Shown piece by piece: positions 53,546 through 64,000 of a DNA stretch of 64,000 nucleotides (its first letter is position 1; each line of letters begins with the position of its first letter). The translations under genes were made by a program, and so were the position numbers. The stretch is taken from NCBI RefSeq assembly GCF_006345805.1, contig NC_043018.1:8804001-8868000 (forward strand), written 5' to 3'. The notes beneath the pieces were generated by a model. That model saw only the letters and a program-made list of their open reading frames with translations. It had not been told where the DNA came from and did no database searches. This DNA is from Octopus sinensis (taxonomy: Eukaryota).

Positions 53546-54824
53546 GAGAGAGAGAGAGGGAGAAGGAAAGCAAGAAATAGAAAGGAAGGAAAGAAGAAAG
53601 AAAGAAAGAGAGAGAGAGAGAAAGAAAAGGAAATAAAAGTCACAATCTGAGTGTAGAAGTCGTTGTTTAGACCCAGATCATCTTACACTGAGAAAATCTT
53701 AACATCAAAAATATTGCAGATATGACCCCTATGTCTGTTCAGGGATGAGTGAGAATACATTATCAGTGGTGTCCTATCCTTATTTTTAGGCAAAAGTGTG
53801 ATTTGAGGGAGATTTTGACTATTATTTGCACCTTTCATTAGTTTGTGGGGGCGTGAGGTTTTACGATAAGGTTGGCGACTTGTTTAATCACAATAATGTG
53901 AATATCTATGAATGACTGTGTGTATGCATGTGTAATGAGCGACAGATATGACCCAGGGGCGCCCACTGCGTGGAAAGTATTTAGTAAAATACGGAGCGGA
54001 CACGCGCTTAATGCGGTTGACAAGAAGAGAGAGGGTAAGCATCTGAGAAAAACGTGGGTGTATTGATGTCGTTGATTAGCTCCAGGTCATGCCTGATTGA
54101 GCAAACAAACAATCAAAGGTGTTCTAGCCGTGACCACCCCGTTTTATAGCCAATCCTTGGTCTATCTAGGAATGCATTATTTAATACATTATTCCCTTTT
54201 CCAGGAGGTAGAGTTCCGACAGTATCTTCTGTGGGTAGGTTGTCTTTTTGCTCTCACCTCGCTCCAGATCGGTTCTGATCGAGCAGGCCGTTGATCAAAG
54301 ACGTTCCAACCTCGCCGTCTTTGAGTACATTATCCAATATGCCCCCTTTTAAGATGAACGGGGGTGAATTGAGAGAGATCTGACAGCGGCTCACCCACGT
54401 TTGCGGCGGGGTGTTATGTTTCGCTCTGATTGAATGGCGTTCCAGCCATGATCATCCAACTTTTTGTACATCCACTAGCGTGATTGTGGTGGTGGTGGGC
54501 ACTTTTGGGTTTGCTGTACGCAATATGTTTTCCATGGGGTCCGAGGATCGGCAAACGGAAGGGCTGACCCGGGCATCAGACACTCTGGATGGTAGTTGAT
54601 GATTTAAGGCATGTTAGCTGCTATTCCTAACAAGTCGAGCGACCGACTGGTGTCGCTTGGAACTAAAGATGAACATTGAAGGGGAACGGGTTTATAGCAG
54701 GTGAGAGAGATAGGGAGAGAAAGAGAAAGAGAGGGAGAGAGAGAGTGAAATAAAGAGAGAAAAAGAAGAGAGCAATGATAAATGGAATTGTAAGAGTAAA
54801 TAGTAAAATGAATGGAAAGGAAGC

Positions 54825-54862
<38 letters not shown>

Positions 54863-55499
54863 ATGTAAGAAGAAACGAATGAGAAGTGTGCATTCGGTTT
54901 AGATAGATAGATAGATAGATAGACAGATAGATAGATAGAGAGATAGATAGATAGATAGATAGAAGCAAAGAAGAGGAGAAGGGATAAGAGAAAGAACAAG
55001 TGTATAGAAGGAGAGAGAAGTATAGAAAAGGTAAAAAGGATGACAGAGGAGAAGAAAAGAGAAAGAAGCATCAAATAAAAGAGAGGAGGAAGAATTATAT
55101 AGAAAAGAGAATTATAGAAGGTAATAGGAGAAGAAAAAGAGAGAAAATGAAAAAAGTATAACAGAGAGAGAGAGAGGGGAGGAAAAGAAAAAAGTTACAA
55201 AAAAGAGTCGTATAGAGGATGATAGTGGAGAAAAAACGAGTAAAAGAAGTAAGATATAAGAGAGAGAGAAGGCGTAATATAGAAAGAGAGAGAGAGAGAA
55301 AGAAAGAGAGTAGTATTGAGGATGAGAGAGGAGGGGGGAAAGGAAAAAAGTAGAATTGTGAAATAAGGAGGAGGAGGAAGAAGAAGGAGGGGAGGAAGAA
55401 GGAAATATAGGAGGAGGAGGAGGAGGAGGGGAGGAAAAAGGAAATATAGAAGGAGGAGGAGGGGGTGTAGCATTAAAAGTTATCACCGAATAACTTTTT

Positions 55500-55893
55500 T
55501 GCAAAGAGTCTCGTCTCGTTCCAAACGTGACGTCAAACCTTTATTAATCTTTCTTCTTCTCATTTAGAATATTAATATCGTCATTTTCCACAAAGTTGCG
55601 AACATCGTCGTCACAACCACTATTTACTTATTTTCTCTTTTATTACTTTCCATAAATATCGAGTATTTGTGGCGTAAGTAAAAAACAAAAACAACAGGAA
55701 AGCCCCCCCACCTCGTCATCATCATTATTATTAATTATTACAATTATAATTAATAGTTGTTAATTTGTACTTACTAGTAATTACTAGTATTTTTTAATTT
55801 TTTAAAATTTATTGTTGTCGTTTGTTGTTTGTTGTTTTTGTTTGACTGGAGCCACCCACGTGACCAGTGACGTGACATTACGAGATATCAACA
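55500..55893 (+). promoter_or_regulatory. Candidate promoter or 5' UTR with CRE and E-box motifs
   Basis: TGACGTCA at 55528-55535; CACGTG at 55857-55862 followed by TGACGTGA; locally CpG-rich unique sequence. Confidence 0.3.
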
Positions 55894-56007
55894 ATGACTT
55901 CGGGAAGGAGCGGCAACAACAATCACAACAACAAGGATAGCTGTATCGGGAACAGCATGGCTACCTCGGGCGTCACTGTTGTTGGCCAGGAGGTCGTTAT
56001 CTACGAG
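55894..56007 (+). CDS. Candidate first coding exon of an unidentified host gene (38 codons, phase 0)
   Basis: ACAATG start context; MTSGRSGNNNHNNKDSCIGNSMATSGVTVVGQEVVIYE; strong donor GAG|GTAAGC; GC-richer than flanks. Confidence 0.5.
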
Positions 56008-58454
56008 GTAAGCACCGACGTTTCTCTTCACCACTTTGCCGTTATTATTATCTTTATTATTATTATCGCTGTTGTTGTTGGTTTCGCGGATTAGGCCCTC
56101 CACGCCCCCGCGCTAATCCTCTCTGTCCCGGTGTCTGTCACCCGATTAAAAACCCCTTCAAATTCTCTTATAATTTCACTGACAACTGTTAAACAGAAAA
56201 CATCACCCTCCAATACCTAACTGGTACTATTTTTATCCACCCTCGGAAAAAAAATAAGTTAGTTGTCCTCGGCAGGATTCGAACTCAGAACGTAAAGAAC
56301 CATAGCAGACTATTTCCACGACGCTCTATTAATTCTGCCAGTTCATCGTCCTCACATCATTTATGTCTCTTATACTTTCTGGAGAGGAAAATGCATGAAC
56401 GTCTCACCGACTCTTTTCTCTCTTCTTTCCCTACCAACTTAGAGCTTTGGTCCTTTGCGAGTCCCCTCCCCGCCATCGTTAATGTTCAAACCCCACCAGG
56501 GTCTCGACTTGGCATTCCTCATCTTGTGTATCAATAAAACAAGGCCCACAGCAACTTTTGTGGGGTCTCTAAGCCTTACTTTCATTTTATATAGTATTCC
56601 TGCTTCGTACAACAGGAATTACAATTCTGAAAGAATCTTGTGTCCCCAAATATTTGAATTTTAAAAAGTGCTCTCCCTCCCGCCTCCGATTTCCTTTTCC
56701 TTCCCCATGCGGTGGGGACAGCTGTTCCCCAAAGTCCATCCTTTCATCCTTCTGGGGCCGATAAAATAGAGTAAGTATTGAGATCGATATAATCAATAAT
56801 AATATGCCAGAATCGTTAGCGCGTCGGACGAAGTGCTTGGGGTCGATTAAATAAGTACCAGTAATGCACTGGGGTCGATATAATCGTCTTAATACCTATG
56901 CCTGTCCTTGTTTGTCCTCTCTGTGTTTAGCCCCTTGTGGGTAGTAAAGAAATAGGTATTTCTTTCGACACTTTACGAGTTCAAATCCTGCCGAAATTGA
57001 TTTTACCATTCATCCTTTCGGGGTCGATAAAATAAAGTAACAGTCAAATATGGGAGTTGATATAATCGACTAACCCCAACCCTTCAAAATTGTTGGCTTT
57101 GTGCCAAAATGAGAGAAACAAATGCTATTATTGTTATTGGTAATCACCAGAAATGTAAACGATACAGTTCTTGAACTGGATCTCATGACAATTTTTTTTT
57201 CATGACCCTCTGCTGTTGAAAACCACTTAATAAGTGTCGTTCTTTCAATCTAACACACACACTGAAATGTCACGGACGTCACCATCATCCCATGCCTTCG
57301 TTCCATTTTACTAAATAATTCTAAAGTTATATAGTTTAAGTTATTAGTTATATATGTTTGTCTATAAAGAAATAAATATCTGTGTACATGTGTTGTTCAT
57401 CTTCGGTATGTCTTGTCCATATTTCCTTTCCTTCCCAAATAAAATCTGTTTCTGTCAACATCGTCCCCAGAGGCAGGGCGGGTGTCTTTCACTGTTTTTT
57501 TTTTTTGTTGTTGTTTCGTGTTTAGTCTTGTTCTCTGACCCCAGATCAGCTGTCACTGAGCAAACTCTATGACCGCAAGCGTTACAGGCGTGACCAACTC
57601 GTCTTTTATTCAGACATTGTATTGGGGAGTTAGATTTGGCTGCTATTTCTTGATCGCATGGAAGTTCTCTTGGCTCAAAATGTTGTATATCTGCATATTA
57701 TTTATATATTTGATTGTTGTGTTTTAGCCCTAGGCTAGCCTCGATTGAGTAGACCCATGATCAAAGACGTTCCAGTCGTGGTCATCCCGCTTTGTATTCA
57801 GATATAGTATATCGACGACTATATTATCCGTTCCGATCTGTCCTTTTCTAAAGATGGTAGGATGCGATTTAAAAGAAAGATATAGTTGCTATTTCTAGCG
57901 GGATAGGCAACCACGTAGGGACCTTCCTTCATTGATTCGTCGATGTGTTTGTATGTTTATTCAGATTCTGCTGTTAGTGTGGTCGTGTTGACTCGTGTGT
58001 GGATGTTTTGTGTGTGTGTGTGTGTGTGTGTGTACGTGCACCCTATCTTTAATTCACCTTGCCCACAGCCCTTTTACCGTCATAAGTTTATGTCCCTCTG
58101 AACCACTGGTGCTGTGTCAACATTGTCCCTAAAGACAGGGCGGGTGTCCCTTGTAGTTTAATTAGTTTCTGTCAGTTGTGTGTGTGTGCGAGCGTGACCG
58201 TGTGTTGGTGCGTTGACTTAAGATGTTTTGTTTCTAAGTTTCATTTGTTTTTGTTTGTCATGTGTGGTGAGATGTGTGCGTGCGTTTCAGTGTCTAACCG
58301 ATTGCAAATCCCTATGTTTACAATTATGTGTTTTCCTACAGCATTAGGGCATTTTAGCTCTTATTTCTAGCAATGTAGATGTCCTGACACCCTTAGTCGC
58401 ATTTAAGGACAATTATATTTTTCCTTTATGGAAACACATTGCGTATGGCTGTTT

Positions 58455-58637
58455 ATATATGATAGATCGTTAGACACTACACACATTTTTTCTCTCCTTG
58501 TTTTTTCTGTCTCCCTTTCTGTAGAAGAGCATAGGCTCGAAACGTAAAATACTTTTTCTATTCCTGAGCGTTATACTAATACATCTGTTTGTTTTGTACA
58601 CCACCTGTCTTCGTCTTTTGTTTTTTTCGTAAACTCT

Positions 58638-58640
<3 letters not shown>
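58455..58640 (+). mobile_element. Solo 3' pLTR fragment of the PLE family at 16404-17482
   Basis: Aligns to the reverse complement of 16404-16585 and ends at the same CTCCC-(TA)n junction. Confidence 0.8.
58516..58549 (+). ncRNA. Minimal hammerhead motif with CUGUAGA core
   Basis: TTT-CTGTAGAA-GAGC atag GCTC-GAAA-CG-TA/AAA; palindromic ACGT at stem III. Confidence 0.65.
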
Positions 58641-58685
<45 letters not shown>

Positions 58686-58818
58686 TATAATTGAGCGTGT
58701 ATATATAATTGCGTGTGTGTGTATACAAATACCCGCGATTGTTTGTGTGCGTGTATATATGTAAAAGACAGAGATATGGTCGTCGCTAAACACACATGTA
58801 TCAAGCTACGATGCTGTT

Positions 58819-58860
<42 letters not shown>

Positions 58861-59527
58861 ACCTATTTATAAAACTCGTAAATTTTATTCCCAGACATGA
58901 ATTCGAACACTACCTTTAAGCTAATTACACACACACATACACACTTTGATTTGCCGAAACTCGTCGCGGTTGATTTATCCTCACAGAATCTAACACAAGA
59001 CATAATCACACGTTCACATACCAATACAGACACCACACTTACACACACACACACACACTTACACACACACACAACCCCCTACTTAGAGCGAATCGCACAT
59101 TATTACTACAGTGGGATGCCAAACTTAATCATAGTCGATCAAACAACATTTGTCATGCACATAGTCAAACAATTAGGTCATACACTTATAAAACGGGCAG
59201 ACAAGATACGCAGCCCAGACTGATATTCGCGTCTAGAAGACACGGAGAATATATATATACCGGTACACACACACACACACATGCACACACACTTATATAC
59301 CCAGCGATAGACTCCTCCTCCCCATATTTATGAGTGCATGAATATATAAGTGTATAAATGTGCACACTACACAGATACATATATGTATGTGTATATATAT
59401 ACGCAAGTATATACATACATGTGTGTATATATATATGTATGCATATATGTTTGTATATATACATACATGTATATATATGTTTGTATATACATACATGTGT
59501 ATATATATATGTATGCATATATGTTTG

Positions 59528-59573
<46 letters not shown>

Positions 59574-59742
59574 AGTATATACATACATGTGTATATATAA
59601 ATATGTATGCATATATGTTTGTGTATATATATATATATATTATATATACAGACAAGTATATACATACATGTGTGTATATATATATGCATATATGTTTGTA
59701 TATATATATATATGTATATATATAGGCGCGTATATACATACA

Positions 59743-59773
<31 letters not shown>

Positions 59774-61034
59774 GTATACACAACACATACAAAAGCGTAA
59801 TCATATTACACACCCAAAATATAACCGGAGACCCCAGAATGGCCTCACTAAACACTCAGTCACCAGATGACATCACACATATTAACAACAACAATAATAG
59901 AGAAACCCACCCTACAAATAACGCGCGCACGGAGAGGTATTATTATTATTATTTTTTTATTCATTTAGCCCAGGGGAAGGAGAGCCGGGCCCAACGCTCT
60001 GGCATGCTCCCTCCCCTCCCGGGACATGCAAATATAACCACCCGTATTCGTTGGGTAGATTGAGCACACACACTAAAACACAAGGCATTCACCCACACTC
60101 CCCAATGCACTCTAGTTAAACAAACACTCCCTGTAGTCAAATACTATCACACGTACACGCAAACAATTATACGCGCGCTAAGTCAAACACTGCTACGTTA
60201 CACATTAGTCAAAATGTTATCACACACACACACAACCGCTAGTACACACACACTACTGAAACACAGTCACATGTAAACCCCAAACAATATCAAACACACA
60301 CACACAAACACACACACACAGGGCAGACCTAATACCACTCGTCGCCCAAATACTATCTCACGTAGTTGTCACAGCAACACACACACAGTTGTAAACATAA
60401 TCACATACTCATGAATGATGCACACACACACACACACACAAATACACACATACTCATGAATGACACACGCATACAGTCATAAATGACAGTCAACAATGCC
60501 AACACACACACACACACATACTTTATGCACACACACACACACGTACTTTATGCATACATACACACACACTTTACTTATACACTTATTTGCTTACTACAAA
60601 GTTTATGTCGAATCAATGAGGCAGCCTCTACATGTTCATTTATTTTGCTCGAAATAGCAACCAAATCTCCCCCAGTTCACATCCTACTGATAAGACACAT
60701 TATATATTGTTGTTTTAACAGACTCAAAAAAAAAAAAAGAAGGTTAGTCGCGGTTGGAATGTCTTTAATCAAGGTCTTCTTTTTCCCTCTTGTTGTGTTG
60801 TACTTCTATTCATATCCGGAATACATTACAAAAATATAAAACGATCCCGAATACTTAACTGGTATTTTATTTTTATCAACGTCAGAAAAAAAAAAGGGGA
60901 AATTGACCTCGGCAGGATTTGAACTCCGAACACAAAGAGCCATAACTCTAAATATTGCCAGACATTTTATCCGATGCTCTTACGATTCTGCCAATTCACC
61001 TCCTTCATGGCAAAAAGTAAATAAATAAATAAAT

Positions 61035-61099
61035 GGCTGACCAAAGCCTTGTGAGTGGATTTGGTAGACGGAAACTGAAAGAAGCCTGTCGTGTATATG

Positions 61100-61130
<31 letters not shown>

Positions 61131-61335
61131 GTGTGTCTGTGTTTGTCCCCCTAGCATTGCTTGACAACCGATGCTGGTGTGTTTACGTCCCCGTAACTTA
61201 GCGGTTCGGCAAAAGAGAACCGATAGAACAAGTACTGGGCTTACAAAGAATAAGTCCCGGGGGTCGATTTGCTCGACTAAAGGCGGTGCTCCAGCATGGC
61301 CGCAGTCAAATGACTGAAACAAGTAAAAGAGTAAA
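61035..61335 (+). mobile_element. Family B SINE, 5' truncated
   Basis: Matches family B body and tail; CpGs retained. Confidence 0.85.
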
Positions 61336-61827
61336 ACAGTAAATAAAAATCTAAAAAGGCAACTAAAACCAAATTCGTTTTTCTTGAGGGCAATAATTGT
61401 TATAGGTGCCATTATTTTTTTTTAAATGGCATTTGGACCCTTGAACCCCGGAAAACCACGGTTGGTTGTTGGTGTTGTTATCGTTGTTGTTCTCCTGTGG
61501 TTTTCACAATTCCAACCCCACTCCCTCTCAATATCCGTTTCCAATCATTTTCATCTCAGTGAGGCGGGAAGTGCGCTGCCGAGTTTCACTTCTCAGTTGG
61601 AACCGCTTCGCTTCGCTTCACATCGCTTCGTTTCACTTACGTTGCTTCTTTAAATCTCATGGGAAACACTTCAAGGTTAACCCTTCCCATACGCCACCCA
61701 CCTCGGTGCCACTAAAAACTCGCAGACTCGTTACAGAAGGTGGTTGTTTAGTCTCCGGCCAGTCAGTCCTGATTGAGCAAACCTTTCCAGCAGTGACCAT
61801 CCTGTTATATCTTTCTCTTTCTTTCTT

Positions 61828-62200
61828 CCTTTTACTTGTTTCAGTCATTTGACTGTGGCCATGCTGGAGCACCGCCTTTAGTCGAGCACATCGACCCCAG
61901 GACTTATTCTTTGTAAGCCTAGTACTTATTCTATCGGTCTCTTTTACCGAACCGCTAAGTTACGGGGACGTAAGCACACGAGCATCGGTTGTCAAGCGAT
62001 GTTGGGGAGACAAACACAGACACACAAACATATACACATACACATACTACATATATACGATGGGCTTCTTTCAGTTTCCGTCTACCAAATCCACTCAAGG
62101 CTTTGGTCAGCCCGAGGCTATAGTAGAAGACACTTGCCCAAGGTGCCACGCAGTGGGACTGAACCCGGAACCATGTGGTTGATAAGCAAGCTACTTACCA
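61828..62200 (-). mobile_element. Family B SINE
   Basis: Matches family B. Confidence 0.85.
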
Positions 62201-62682
62201 CTGCATTGTTAAACGTGTTTTCTTTTTTAAGTCATGAGATTTTGTTGTTATTTCTTGCAAGGCAAACGACTACGTAAGAGACTCCATCTTTAACTCGTAG
62301 AGGCTGTGGTTGACATCACAATCGGGGCATGTTTGACAGAATCGTTAGAGCAGTGTTTATCTCGGCTCTTTACGTTCTCGGTTCAACTCCTACGAGGGTC
62401 AACTTTCTATTTCAAACTTTCGGGGTCAACAAAGTAAAGTAAAGGAGTCAACAGTGTCCACTGGCCTTGTGCCCAAATTAGAATCATTATTAAAGGTGAA
62501 GGTGGGAAAGGAAGTGCTGCCCTCCTATGAATTTCGTTAAAAGGTGGCTGTCAGGCCAGAAACGAAATACTCTCGAATTATTCTTGTAGACCAGAGAACA
62601 TTGTTGGGAATGTACTCCTACTCTTGGTAGTCTGAATGATGATGGATTAGCAGAAATCCTTGATTTGCCTTAAGGAGCTGCC

Positions 62683-63088
62683 GGATCTTTTCGGTTTGAA
62701 CGGCAGTTTTTCTTGCGGTGTCATATGAAATTGTCACCCATAATTATGACCCTAGTATCGATCTATTGCATTTCAATCTCTTTTAGGGTTGGGGGGGTAT
62801 CTTTTTTTTCTTCAGAAATGTAAATAAAGTCAATCTGTTTCTTAAACGAGGGACATATTCATACGGCACAGAATGTTTTCAGCCCAATAGACGTCAGTGA
62901 TTGGTTGAAATTGCAGAAATTGAAGAAAAAAAACAAAATAACAAATATCTTACAAACTATAGAATTTTCTCTATAAAGCCAAGAGAAAAAGATGTTTTAT
63001 AAACACATTCTACCAGTATACGAAGTTTAAAAGTGTTTAGTTACCTAGAAATTATTTTAAAAAACTGCCGTTCAAACCGAAAAGATCC
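62683..63088. mobile_element. MITE with perfect 9-bp TSD (Merlin- or Mutator-like)
   Basis: TIR GGATCTTTTTCGGTTTGAACGGCAGTTTTT; TSD GGAGCTGCC at 62674-62682 and 63089-63097. Confidence 0.9.
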
Positions 63089-63336
63089 GGAGCTGCCTCC
63101 TATTCGGGGCATCTCATTCTAATTCTATACTGTAACTCTTGCTTTTCGTGTCTGGCTTTCAATTATTAATTCTAAAGTTTAAAAAAAGAAGAAAAAATGC
63201 TTTTTTCTACTTAAAACAAAATGGCTGGCTGGCAGAATCGTTCGAGTTTCGGAAAAATTGTTTAAATTCTGAGTTCAAATCTGGCCAATGCCAACTTTAC
63301 CATTCACCTCCACCCCTGGGTCGATAAAGTTAAAGA

Positions 63337-63736
63337 GGATCTTTTCGGTTTGAACGGCAGATTTTAACACAATTTCTAGTTAACTAAATACTTTTAAACT
63401 TCGTATACTGGTAGAATGTGTTTATGAAACATCTTTTTCTCTTGGCTTTATTGAGAAAATTCTGTAGTTTGTGAGATATTTGTTGCTTTTTTTTCAATTT
63501 CTGCAATATCAACCAATCAATGACGTCTATTGAGGTAAAAAAAAATTCTGTGCCGTATGAATATGTCCCTCGTTTAAGAAACAGATTGGGTTTATTTACA
63601 TTTGTGAAGAAAAAAAGATACCCATCCCCCACCCCTAACCCAGATAGAAATGCAATAGATCGATACTAGGGTCATAATTATGGGTGACAATTTCATATGA
63701 CAACGCTAGAAAAAACTGCCGTTCAAACCGAAAAGA
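63337..63736. mobile_element. Second copy of the same MITE, opposite orientation, inside a family A SINE
   Basis: Same TIRs; interior is the reverse complement of 62683-63088. Confidence 0.88.
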
Positions 63737-63884
63737 CAATCTAGTATTGGAATCGATTTAATCTACAAACTACCTCACCTCAAAATTGCTGGCCTTGTAT
63801 CCAGATTAGCCCCTCCCACAAAATTTCAGGCCTTGTGCCTATAGTAGAAAGGACTACTACTACTACTATTGTTGTTGTCATTAT

Positions 63885-64000
63885 TGAGTGAGAGAGCAGC
63901 GGCATGCCATCAAAGGGACACAAGGGTTAGGGTTAAATATACGAAGCCCAGCATACTCATCATAATTACCTGCCTGATAAGGGTACACTAGGCACATACA
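63885..64000 (-). mobile_element. End of the (TAA)n-associated element, cut by the window edge
   Basis: GAGTGAGAGAGCAGCGGCATGCCATCAAAG matches 34191 onward. Confidence 0.75.

Noticed and set aside
55957-56007. Cofilin-like N-terminus (MATSGVTV)
   Set aside because: Similarity too short to assign a gene
61540-61740. Possible exon in GC-richer unique sequence
   Set aside because: No consistent acceptor, donor and frame combination, and no recognisable peptide

Overview
Repeat-saturated, AT-rich eukaryotic DNA. Its SINE, RTE and microsatellite make-up suggests an Octopus-like cephalopod genome (inference). Almost all ORFs in the track are microsatellite artefacts. Supported content: decayed non-LTR retrotransposons (RTE, CR1, and two restriction-like-endonuclease clades), several mariner relics and MITEs, many tRNA-derived SINEs, and two Penelope-like (PLE) GIY-YIG endonuclease remnants, one with an open reading frame. 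The only host-gene candidate is a possible first coding exon at 55894-56007. The most interesting signal is ten type-I hammerhead ribozyme (HHR) or HHR-like motifs from about 7-8 apparently unrelated sequence families. They sit in short elements that mostly abut (TA)n tracts. They include a canonical HHR in a ~463-bp terminally redundant retrozyme-like unit (31806-32307), a family-wide non-canonical CUGUNGA core, and an inverted arm ending at a predicted cleavage site. All folding and alignment was done by eye, and SINE/LINE boundaries are approximate.
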